Below, piece after piece: positions 39,868-51,940 of a DNA stretch of 64,000 nucleotides (positions are counted from its first letter, which is position 1; every line of letters begins with the position of its first letter). The notes below the pieces were generated by a model that was not told the DNA's origin, did not search any database, and saw only the letters and a program-made list of their open reading frames with translations. The position numbers and the translations under genes are program-made. This DNA comes from Kondoa subrosea (Eukaryota): NCBI GenBank assembly GCA_039545335.1, contig BCIN01000002.1, positions 2,448,678-2,512,677 on the forward strand. Reading direction: 5' to 3'.

Positions 39868-42374
39868 ATGGCGGTCATCTTCATGCCTTCCGCTTTGAGA
39901 TTGGATGCTCCGGCTACAATTTATGAAAGTGTTCTTACCGCCTGGAGGTTTTGGCTTTCTATCATCCTTTTACTGGTCGTCGGTATGTCTGACTAGTTGC
40001 GAATTTGGTCAACAACTCATCAGTGTGTGTCAGCTGCTATGTCAAACCCAACGGATGCTTCATTTCGAACATTTCTAACCGATTTATCGTTTCATACGCA
40101 TTTGCGCAAATTGAGGTTTTCGTCAAGCTCTGGATCCGGAACAGCATCGGATTCGCATGTCCTAACATTTTCGAATCGGATTTCTATCTCCCTTCGCACT
40201 CCAGCTTACGTTTTTCGCTCTTTTGGTCTCTTTTCGACCGTTACCATTTCACCATCCTCTCAAGGCTATGCTGGTCGCGGGGGAGCGGTTAAAGCTGTTG
40301 CGGATCAAGAGGAGGGAGGTTTATCTACCTTTGGTACTCGGTCGGCCTTTTTTGTTGGTGCATTTGGACATTGGTGGGCTTGGGAAGAAGGTGTTGTGGA
40401 TGACAGCGCTGCTGTAAAGGACCGCTTAGCAAGTAGCGTTATGGCTATGGAGTCTTTAGACGTAAAACCTCATCGAGCAGGTCTGTCCACTCGGAATTTA
40501 TGCGCTAGTCGGAGAAAAAACTGATTAAAGGTAAAACAGGTGACGAATCTCCTACCTATTCTGACGAGAAAGAAGATGTGGTACTTCCTGGCGATATCAG
40601 AGCACCAGCTATCAGTCCTAAAAGAGCACTTCGTCCTGTCAAAGCCGAATTCAGAGCTGGTCAGCGACGCGCTTCTCCTATTCTCAGAAACAGCCGCGAC
40701 AAATCTAGTACTACTTCACCAATTGAGGTTCCGCCAATAACAACTGAACCGCTTGCTGAAGCAAGGTTGGCCGCAGCATTGGCAGAGAAGAAACTTGCTT
40801 TGCTACAAACACCAAATCCTTCGGCAACACCTGAAGTGCCAAAGGATGAACCGCCGAACGAAGAAGTTGTGGATGAAGCCGTTGTTACTTTGCAACAGCA
40901 AATCGAAGAAGCCAAAGCTGCTTCGGCTGCTGCTCAAGCAAAATTACAAGCTGAACTAGAAATCCTTCGACTTCAAAAGAAAGAGGATGACAAGAACAGA
41001 TCAGAAGCTAAAGCTAAGACTCGTGTGTTGGAAGAAGCGAAACGTTTGGCCGAGGTCGAAAGGGCCGAAGCAGACAAGAAACGCAATGCTGCACGTTTGT
41101 CTCGCCAAACTATGCTTGATCACATTGAACGTATGAAGCACGAACTAGCTCGTCTTGAGCGGAAAGAAGCCGATCACGAAAAGAAGTTGTTAAAAAGTCA
41201 AGAAGATTGTTCAGCCAAAATCAGCAAAGTTAAAGAAGATCTGGTCCGGAAGCGGGAGGATTTGAGTCAAGCTGAGAATGCTCTGCGCAAAGTCACTTGT
41301 CGGGTTGAAGCTTTGGAGTCGGCCATTGCGGCTCGAAGATCAGAATTAGAGAGCAAGCGACTCCAAGCCGGAACTTTGTGGACTCAAGCACAACAGCGTT
41401 CTGTTTCAAATCCAACTTATTACGGTAACATGGAAACACCTTATCACTGGGTTCTTTCTGGCGATTCAACTTATCCTCTCGGCAATCAATTGCCAGCTCA
41501 CATGCTCGATCACAATGGCTACCCTCTGACCAAAGCTGAAACCTTGCCAACCAAATCAAGCTTCCTGGAGCACCGTCTGTGGCATCAGCGTGAACACTTG
41601 AATCCATTGGACTCCCTCTATCCAGCTTCGATGCCGCCGTCTCGATTCGCTTCCGCTGAAAATCTCAATGACCATTCAAACTTCGCCCCTTTTGGTCCGC
41701 AGGTACTTTCAGCCGCAGTAGAACAGCCGATCATCAGTGGTCAAGAGGGTACCGAAGCAGGGAGTGCACACAAGCTGGCATTGCCCTTTTTCATGCATGG
41801 CTCTCTCACCTCGCTTACCGGTGAAATGTCCCCCAACGGTGTCAATGGCCATAATGGACTTCCAGATCCTGGCCCTCTGTCACCAATGACGCCTCATCAA
41901 ACATCTCTGCTTCCTTCGCATCTTTTCAGTCTGCTCGACGATGACGAGGATGAAAACGAGATACCGTCAGCCATCGACGGTAGCCCTACCCGTGGTCTGG
42001 CTTTGCTCAATAATGAAGTTCAGCCTATTGGGACTCGCCGTGGCAGCACTGAGAAGCATTCGCCTTTATTGTTGCCAGATTCGCCAAACCATAGTCGGTC
42101 AACTTCTGCTCAAAATCTGTCGGCTATGTCACACATCAAAGAAGAATGGAACAACATCCCGGACGGATCTTCGCGACATCCTCTCTCACTCAATCCTGGT
42201 GCTAAAGCTTTCAATTTCAGCATGCCAACCAAAGGAGAAGCGACGCTTGAAAAGCCAGCGAAGAGTAGTTTTGGTTTGAAGGATGGAACAAGTTTGAGAG
42301 ATGTTTGGAACAGAGCGACCAAGAAATCAAGCAACTCCAACACATCAAGTTTTTCGCCTTTTGACGCGGAGTAG
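39868..42374 (+). CDS. Hypothetical protein with N-terminal TM, long coiled coil and disordered tail
   Basis: Hydrophobic first exon plus a 598-aa ORF with E/K/A heptad region and LNPGAKAF (PAM2-like) motif. Confidence 0.65.
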
Positions 42375-42892
42375 ATTCACTGTAGCGTGAGCGAAGGTTA
42401 TATAGCATAAAGGGCGATGAGATGCTATCGTTTGCAATGTTGGTGTTCCCTTCCTTGTCGGGCTCAGGTCGTCCTTCGTCGGCATATCATGATATCGGAG
42501 CACAATTTTTGGTCTTGACCATTGTTGTGCTCAAGTTGTCACTCAATTTGTTAGTCGTCTACGCAGTCAGGAACTGTTTCGTCGAGCTCAAGTGCTGACA
42601 GTCACAGGTTAATCTATAAGGCTGAGGTCTCTTCTGATGACTTTCGAGGTGTTCGAAGCTGTTCAGACAGGCTGTTTCTAGGCTTTTTGATGTTCAAATT
42701 CTGCTTGATCATCGCGCTCTCTGTTCCTCGCAAAGCCAGTCATGATTTTCTTCGAGGCTGTTGACCGCGCTATATAATTTGACAACAAAGGGATTTCCTT
42801 TGCTTTTGCCTTTGCCGTTTCCTTCCTTCTCTGATTCACCACTGTCGTCCCATGTCATTCTTCTGCGTGATATGAGAAGCTGTATATCTGCA

Positions 42893-45061
42893 ATGAAGCC
42901 AGCTGTGGCGTGCTTATGTCTTCTCTCCTTTGCTATGCCGACTTTGGCAGCAGTTCTTCAGCCTATGCCTACTCTCAAGGCTGTCTATCGACGGCAAGGC
43001 AATTCAAGTGGTAAGTACATCTGCTCTGAACTTACGCAAGGGCTTACTTCGTTCGCTAGTCGATATCAAGACCGTCAATCAATCGGGGAAACAAGTTGGC
43101 GGTGACGCTAAGGATGATGACTATGACTCAAGTAAGTCGTTTCTCATAGGAATAAGTCTGGCTTTGGCTGATTATTCTCGTAACAGCGACGGTATGTTGC
43201 TTCGGCCAGAATCGAGGCTATGCTTATCCGTTTCCCAGACCATCTTCGTTACTGCAACGATGGGAGCCAAAGGCGATAGCTCTGGCGATAACTCTGGAGG
43301 AAGCGGAGGTGATTCCACCAAATATAGTAAGGCGAATGCGACTTCTTGGGATTCCTTCTGATCTTTTACAGTCATTATTGGAGCTGTCTGCGGTGGAGTC
43401 CTACTTCTGGCTATCGCTATATTCATGATTCGCCGCAACAAAGATTCATCGGATTGGCTCAAACACATGGATATGTTCAGTGGAAGAGATAGAGATGACT
43501 CGTCTCTTTCTTCTGGAGCAAGCGCGAGACCGATGTTGCAGACTGCTCCCTGGGACAATCAGTACCAAGCTTCAGACCCTTACGGGGGCGCACAAGGCGC
43601 TGTTCAAGATATGGGTCATCCTCAGACCGGAGGCCAATATCAGCAGCCTTTCGCCCAGCCTAGCCAACCTCTTATGTACGGACCACCAGCAGAGTCGGTG
43701 CATGGGCAACAACCTTCTTACCCTACTTCGATGGCAACGAGCGCAACTAACGAGTATGAGATGCAAGATCAATGGATGCAAAATCAAACCTTCATGCCGC
43801 ACGATCAAATAGGTCATGATGAACCTCCTTCCCCAACAAGAACAAAATGGGCTGGTTCAGCGGTGGTGTGTTCCTCCACTGTATCGCTGTTTCAATGAGC
43901 TGAAGTTACCAACAGGGCACTTCCATTTCACGAAACCTTGGTCCAGATGGAAGGCCACTACACCAAGCTGGTCCTAGATTGATGGTCAGCTGCATTCCTA
44001 GGAGAGATGAACTGTTCACTCATGTCTACATTATTACAGCTCACCGCTCCTGATGCTACTTCAATGAGGTCTTTCGGCAGCAATTCAGAAGGATCTCGAG
44101 CTGGCTCGCAACGTACAGGCACCTCACGAGCTAGGAAACGCATGTCTGACATGTCCGGCTCGCTACGATCAGGTGTCAGTCGAGCAACTGGTATGACTGG
44201 AATGACGCGCGGAACAGCAACTTCCTACAGATCCAGACCAACCGGCTATGGGTCAGAGGATTCTCGAGATGAAGAAAGTCAATACTCTTACCGCAGCAAA
44301 AGCAGTAAACTCAGCAAAGGCAGTGGACGATCATACGATACCAGTGCCTATACAGCTCGGAGTACACGCTTACCACCACCTTCTGCTTCCCCCTCCAATC
44401 GATCCAGAGCGACTACTCGCTTAACGGCTGGTAAACAATACGCTTCCACTTATGCTGACGGTTCTGAACGGTCCGAACAATCTTTTATGAGCGGTCCATC
44501 TTCTTTGAGCGCTCGATCTCGTCGCACTCAATTAGCCATCAATATCCAGCATGGAACTTCAGCTTTCACTTCTTCTTCAGCTAAAGGTGCTAAACTCTCG
44601 GATTCGGATTTCAACAAATCCAACAGTGGTGCACCGCTACCTTCTTCTTATACCGATAACGAAGAGAGGACATATGCTGGAACAGAAAGTGGTACTGAAT
44701 CAATTCGAAGTGGATCAACTAGGAAAACTTATCAATCCAAGAAGAGTTTCGGAGGAGGAGGAGGAAGTATGAGAGGATTACAAGCTACTGCTCAAACTAC
44801 ATTTGGTAATTCCGCTTTCTCTGGAAACTCAAGCGCAAGCGTTAACAAGCCTTTACCACTTTCTGCTGCGAATCTGGATGCTTTGGCTGAGAACGCAACC
44901 GAATCGGACGCCGGGACTTCCCTCTTTGAGCCTGTAAGTCACATGATACCAGAGCGCTAATGTCATGCTGATTGACTTGTGAACAGCCCGTTTCAAGTGC
45001 TCCTCCGGGTCAACCGAACAAGTCGAACTTCTCTAGCAATTCCTTCATGAAGAAGCGCTAG
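42893..45061 (+). CDS. Single-pass type I membrane protein with Ser-rich cytoplasmic tail
   Basis: Signal peptide MKPAVACLCLLSFAMPTLA, TM IIGAVCGGVLLLAIAIFMIRR and a long S/T/R-rich tail. Confidence 0.65.
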
Positions 45062-45479
45062 TGTTCATATCCTCTTTGCGCGTGCGAATAGCCATCCAAA
45101 TCGAGATATCGAGACAAGCATGACTGAGAGACATTTTGCGGAAAGAAACGCATGGCTTGCAAAGGTTCAATCAAGCTGGAAGCATGTACATGCAGTATCA
45201 TTGTACTTTAGGCTGTATCACACGACTCACTGGGAGTCTATCCATACGAATGAAAAATAGAGAGGACACTGCTGCTCGCCATCTTTTTCGACCTCGCATG
45301 ATAAGAAGATCTCTGTAACAGCCATAAATCAGTCTTTCTTGCCTTTATCAGTCACACTCAGCCTGTCCTTACACCCTGCTGTACCACCTGAATCAAAAGC
45401 TTACCCAAACACCTTGAGAATTATCCGCACCTATTGTTTCTTCTAACAGCATCCTTGAAATATTCCACTCGGCCCTATA

Positions 45480-47440
45480 ATGGCAAGCAATGCTTCTGGA
45501 TCAGAGCCAGCACCAGATGTGAGTCTCCCTCAACCAGCGCGAGCATTCACCCTTTGCGGTTGAAATTCAAAACAAGGTGCATATCTGATTCCCATGCGTG
45601 GATTCTGTTCCCAGGTCCTTGCATCAATCATCACTCAAGTCTCACCTACCGGGCAACCTGCTAGAGCACCTGCAAGACCTGTCAGACCTGTAAAGAAGAA
45701 GGTCAAAGCAGCATCGCAGAATTCCAGCCAAGTTCCTACAGCTAGCGAGACCGCTACTGCACCTATCACGAGTCAAGATACTAATCTAGCTTCCTTACCT
45801 GCTCCTGTACCTCTACCACCTTCTACCTCTTCACTAGATACCAAAACCGATGAGTCGAAGTCGCCTGTGCCAGTCACTTTGGCTTCTGAACCGTCTACCT
45901 CTGCACCAGTAGTGACAGAACCTGCAACAAATACAACGCGATCCAGTTCAGCACCACAACGCACAAAGAAGAAGAAATCGCCTTGGTCTTCTCTCTTGGC
46001 TGTTTTGGGTTGTACCTCATCTTCGCAAAGAAAACATTTTCAAGAAGACTCAAGAGAGAATGCTCCTCTTACTTCCAAAGCTGCTGATTCAACATCAAAC
46101 ACTGCGACTTCAAGAGAAATGACCCAAACTCCTTCTTCGCAAAGAATACCAGTCACTTCTGTTTCGCAACCTACAGTACTTACTTCTACTTCTCTTGATC
46201 CAGCTCTATTGAATGCAGATGGCACACCAACAAATACAGGTCCATCAGCTGAAATGATAGCCAATACATCTAAAACTGGAGCTCATTTATCCAAAGAAGA
46301 AACGGGCGATGTGTTATCTGGAGCAGTCGTTCCACCAGGAGCGGAAGGTACACCTAATTCTACACCTAGGAAAAGGAGAAGCAGGTTATCTGCTCATAAT
46401 GAAGGATCTGGGTCTGAAGAAGAGTTGAGTGAGGAAGAAGAGGAGGAGGAAGAGGAATACCTCGATGAACAGGATGAAGAGGATAGGATCATCATGAATG
46501 GCGGTATGGGCATACCAATAGGAGAGGTTGGCAATCTAGTACTGTTTGGTCGGATCAAAGACTTACGCTTTGGCCGAACAACAGGATGGGATACCGCGGC
46601 CGTTACTCAGCGAATTGTCACCGCACGATAAAGGAAGGAAATGTCTAGTGCTGGATCTGGACGAAACGCTAGTACATTCCAGTTTCAAGGTGAGGTTGTG
46701 ATCCAGCTGCTCAGGCTGTGCTGATTGCCGTGATCCGGATACCCACAGATGATCCACTCTGCAGATTACATCGTGCCAGTGGAGATCGACAATGTGAATC
46801 ATAACGTCTATGTGATAAAACGACCTGGAGTCGATGAGGTGCGTTATAACTTATCTTGTATGGTGCTCTGATATTCATGCTTGTCGTCGATCCAGTTCCT
46901 ACGGAGAATGGGCGAGATATACGAAGTCGTAGTCTTCACTGCGTCACTATCGAAGGTGAGCGCCGAAGAACTTTGCATGATTAGATGCTTAAATCTCTGT
47001 CGCTATCACAGTACGCCGATCCCGTGTTGGATCAGCTAGATATACATCGAGTAGTCAGGCATCGGCTGTTTCGCGAGAGCTGTTATAACCATCGGGGGAA
47101 TTATGTCAAGGTCAGTCAAGGGTCTGCTTGCTGTATGCTTATACTCAATTAGCTATTTGGCCGACAGGACCTTTCGCAACTCGGGCGGCCTATTGGCGAG
47201 ACTATCATCATTGATAATTCTCCTGCGTCTTACATCTTTCATCCTAAGAACGCTGTACCGGTCTCGTCGTGGTTTAATGATCCTCATGGTCAGTCTAAAT
47301 TCCTCAAATTCAGCTTAATTGCTGATCCAATGCATTTCGTACTGGCAGACACCGAGCTAACAGACATGGTTGGAGTATTGGCCGACTTAGCGGACGTGGA
47401 TGATGTGCGATCAGTACTGGACGGCATGCTCGATCAATAA
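45480..47440 (+). CDS. PSR1: NIF/FCP1-family HAD phosphatase (Psr1/Psr2-like)
   Basis: [71 protein letters not shown]. Confidence 0.92.
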
Positions 47441-47793
47441 TTACGCTTTCTCACACGCTATCTCTTCTTCTTTCACATTCAGCATGATCGTGTTAACAGC
47501 AAAATAGGGTTCAGTTGAAAAGGCTCTAGGTTATCATTTTTCCACACCTTGTACTTCATCATTCTCACCATTTCTTCTCTCTATACTATCCAAAGAGTCT
47601 CGTAGAATCCATTTAGTAATGCAATACATAAAACCCTCGATCGGGATTCGCACAAAGGAAACGCGTCCTCAAAATCAGTTCGAGGCATTACATAATCAGG
47701 ACAAAGTCGCGCTTTATTCCCTCTTCTTCTCGTTCAGTAGACTCACATAGATACCACTTCTAGCACTTTCATTCCCTCGAGTACCTGCCAAGC

Positions 47794-49652
47794 ATGGTTT
47801 CCTCTTTCGTTTTTGCGCTGGTCGCTTTCACTTTGTTTCATCTGCAATTGATTGCAGCTCATATGGTACGCGATGCTCGCCCTAAGTCGATGCAATTCTG
47901 ATGAATATCGACTGTAGAGCATTTTTACGCCCGCGATGTGTGCGTTTGCACCGTCGATTCTGTCCTGACAGTCATGAAGCTGATCTGCAAAATCTAGATG
48001 GGTGGATGAATTGGTCTGTCCGCCTACCAATACAGTGCTGGCATTTATTGATATACTGAGATAGGCCTGATGAACCTCAAACGCCGCTGGTCAATCTGGT
48101 CAGTCGAGCGCAAACATTGAGAACCGCTATATTATGCTAATTTGTAACTTGCAGCCTTTCGAGCAATGGTGGTTCAGAGGCTACGTATGCTCTACAGTCT
48201 CTATGGGAGGCAAGCACTAATAGATTCGCAGACCAATCTACCGACTGGCGGAAAGGTGCGTTGCGCAGATCTACTTCAGGTGGGCCTGAAAGTGATAGAA
48301 CTGAATCATACAGGTCGAGGAACTTACCGCTGGCGGTGTCTTTACTGCTGAAATCGCTTGTCATGTCGCTTGGTAGGCTCTGGCGTTTTTCTGGGAAGTA
48401 CAACGGTCTTATAAAGCATTTATAGGACGAAATATGGCTCGAGAACAGCAGAAGCTGGTAAGAGCTCCCTTTGCAATGAAACAGCAGAACTCTCTGACAG
48501 CTCCCTCAGACGCGGCTGGACCGAGAGATGCTTGTCCTTCTGGTGATAACGCTGGACCTTACCATGCTTCACTCGATCCTACGCTTCCTCGTACGACTTG
48601 TCTCATATCCGGAGACAGTATCATGATACTCACTCGACCTTGTTTTAGTACCGGACATCAATGGAGTGTCGGGATGCGCGCTAGCTATTGCCGACGTAGA
48701 CGATGTGAAGAAAGTCACGATGGATGATCTGACTGTCTTCTCTGTCAACCGTAAGCTTACTTCTCTACAAAGCTACAGTACCTGAAAGACCAAAACAGAT
48801 ACTTGCGTTTACCGCAGAGCGACTGATTTTCATATTCCTGCTAATATGGTATCTTCTCGTCCTATCGTAATGCGCTCGCGTTGATCATGTCTGTAGCCAA
48901 AATGTACCGGAAGTAAATGTATCGTGAGTTATTTGTTTAATAGTACTGGTCGCTCACTTACGCTGTATGAAAAAGTGCGTTTGGCTATGGGAAGCCAATT
49001 ATGGACAGGCGAACTATTACATGACTGGCTTTGACTGTTCGATTCTTCAGAGCAAGACTGGTCTGCCTGCAATCGGCAAACCTCAAAGACCTCTTTGGAC
49101 AGGCAAATATCCCGTAGTCAACGGTATGTATATCATCCAGCATGGCACTGTAACGCACTTAAACTCCCATGCAGGACCAAAATTACCTTTCTATGCTTGT
49201 AAGCTCTTCCTGCGACATCGGGTTTCAAAACTCATCTGATTTATCAGACAACGACCGTTCGACAGCAGAATGGTTTGGAAATGACGCGAGACCAGGCTAT
49301 CATGAATCGTGTAAGAAAAGAATGCAGATTCCCTCTGATGATGTTGCTGATGCATAACTATAGACGGGTTCAAGGATGGAGCCCAAGATGACATTTTCGT
49401 AAGTTCGCTCCAGAAAAGGGATATCCTGGCTCATAGATGCGGTAGACTGGTGCAAGCACCGATATCAGCGTAGCTCTGACAGCTGGCCCCGCGATTTCAA
49501 CCACCACAAGTAGCTTGCAAGGCCCTGCTCTATCGACCCATTCCCGCGGAGCAAATCGCAACAGTTCACCACCAAGCCGTAATGCCGCAGTTCAACCAAG
49601 AGCAATTGGTGCTCACCGGCGACGTCAAGAAAGAAGCAACAGATACGCGTAA
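47794..49652 (+). CDS. AA14 lytic polysaccharide monooxygenase, copy 1
   Basis: Signal peptide then His1 (LIAA|HM), FEQWWFRG, AEIACH, GPYH, SGCALAIA..TVFSVN.TCV, CVWLW..YYMTGFDC, matching the recalled AA14 pattern; basic disordered tail. Confidence 0.82.
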
Positions 49653-49914
49653 ACTAATCTCATTGGGCATTTCGATTTTCATGTGGTACATCTTGCATTC
49701 ATTTTGGCATCTGTCTGAACATTCTACTGTCAAGTATTCACTTATCATCTCTCTACGCATGTATCCGCGTCATAGCTTGCAAAGGTGAACGGAAGGGTTC
49801 GAGCTTTATGGACGATTGTGCGCAAAGCCTCGCTTTTGCTTTGAGCCTGATTTGCTATCTGTCTTGCTCTTCCATCTCCTGTTATTCTCCTACATTCCTT
49901 TATACTTGTCTGAC

Positions 49915-51723
49915 ATGGTCTCTTCTTTTCTTTTTGCGCTGGCCGCAGTCTGCTCTTCTCAATTGGCAATCGCTCATATGGTCTGTCTAGCGCCCGATGC
50001 TGCTGTTTTTTTGCACTGATATGACAAAAATGCAGAGTATCTTTACTCCTGCCATGTGTTTGTGCATCCTTTATTGTTTCTGCTATATCTGATGTTTGGT
50101 TAGATGGTTGGCAAAACTGGTTCGGTCTTCCGCACATGCACCTCGACACTTTCTGATCAATCTCTTAGGCCTGACGAGCCGCAAAGTCCAATGCTGGATC
50201 TAGTGAGTCTTGGAGATCGAATTATGATCAGTATCTCAGATGTAAAAAAGCCTTTCGATCAGTGGTGGTATGCAACCCTGCGCGCCGCAGAGACTGCACA
50301 CTCTGACACTGATAGCTCAGGTTCCGTGGATATGTATGTCTAAAAAGCTTTCTCATGGAGTAAGAGCTGACGCAATGCGGCAGACGAATTTGCCAACCGG
50401 AGGGTTGGTAGAAGAACTTCCTGCTGGCGGGAAATGGACGGCGCAAATTGCCTGTCATGTCGCTTGGTCAGTGCTCAAGCCATACTGTTGGTTTGCGTCA
50501 CTGAAACAACCTGTACAGGACGAAATATGGTTCGAGCACTGCGATTGCCGGTTAGTTTCCTTCACCAACTGCAAGACCCCGCAGCTAACTTGGCTTCAGA
50601 TGCTGCTGGTCCTCGAGATGCCTGTCCTAGCGGAGACAATGCCGGACCGTATCATGCTTCATTCGATCCAACTCTGCGTTGTATGTCTCAATAAATTGTC
50701 CATCAGGCAAGAATCTGATCATGACTTTAGTGCCCGATATTAACGGCCTTTCTGGATGCGCTCTTGCTATTGCTGATGTTGACGACGTTTCGAAGGTCAA
50801 AATGGATGACTTGACCGTATTCTCTGTCAATCGTAATTTCATGTCTCTCAGTGCCATAGGAATGCCTGACAGAGTGACAGATACCTGTGTCTACCGTCGC
50901 GAAACTGATTTCGCCATTCCCGCAGCTATGGTGAGTCTTTATTTGGCATTATAGAGATATAGTTTCTGTCATTGATATTTTCAGCAGCCCAAATGTACGG
51001 GGAAGAAATGTGTCGTCAGTTGACCTAATTGACTGGTACGATGCCGACTCATCATATCTGTTCCAGTGCGTGTGGCTATGGCTGGCGAACTATGGCACGG
51101 GCAACTTTTACATGACAGGTTTTGATTGCTCTATACTTCAAAGCAAGATCAATCTTCCAGCAATCGGCAAACCTCAAAGACCTCTTTGGACAGGCAAATA
51201 TCCTGCTGTCGAAGGTATGTTTGCGCAATGGGTATAACCTGAAAGCGCTTATATGACTCTTTCAGGGCCCAAAATGCCTATCTACGCATGTAAGTCTGTC
51301 TTTGCGGGCTGTACATGGGGCTCACATGTTAGCATAGACAACGAGAGATCAACCGCGGAATGGTTTGGCAATAATGCGAGACCAGGCTATCATGAATCAT
51401 GTAAGTAACGAACTTCCTTGCTATGATTAACCCTGACCATATTACAGACGGATTTAAGGATGGCGCGCAGGATGATATATTCGTAGGTCGGAACTGTAAA
51501 GAAGGGAAGTTGACCGATGTCCTTGCAGACTGGTGCAATCCCTGGCAGAAGCTTCGACACGATTGCGGATAATGTTAGCAGGAACGCTACTACTATCAAG
51601 GAGGCTTCTTCTTTTCGCTGCAGAAAAAGACAGCGTCATACCTCATCCTCGAAACGGAACTACCCAATCCAGCGTCGCGCCAATGATTCACATCGTCAAC
51701 GTCAATACAAGAGAGGCATCTGA
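49915..51723 (+). CDS. AA14 lytic polysaccharide monooxygenase, copy 2
   Basis: MVSSFLFALAAVCSSQLAIA|HM, FDQWWFRG, AQIACH, GPYH, SGCALAIA, CVWLWLANYGTGNFYMTGFDC; tandem paralog of copy 1. Confidence 0.82.
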
Positions 51724-51940
51724 TTGTAAGCTACGGTAACGGAACAGGAGTTCGATATCGGTCGCCAGGGCAACTTGTACCCTTATTAGCATTAGGTTCT
51801 TTTCTTGCATCAATCATCACTTGTAGCTACTGGATAGCCTTCCGACTGAAGACACTGGTCAGCTAGCCGAGAGCGCAACAATTTTCTTTGCTCACAGCTC
51901 TCGCTTTTCAGCCGGATCAGTAGTCTGTCTACTTGCGAGT

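Noticed and set aside
48420..49652. First AA14 copy as a 5'-truncated pseudogene
   Set aside because: Its signal peptide, His1 and small 5' exons are present at 47794-48372; the ORF track misses them because they are short.
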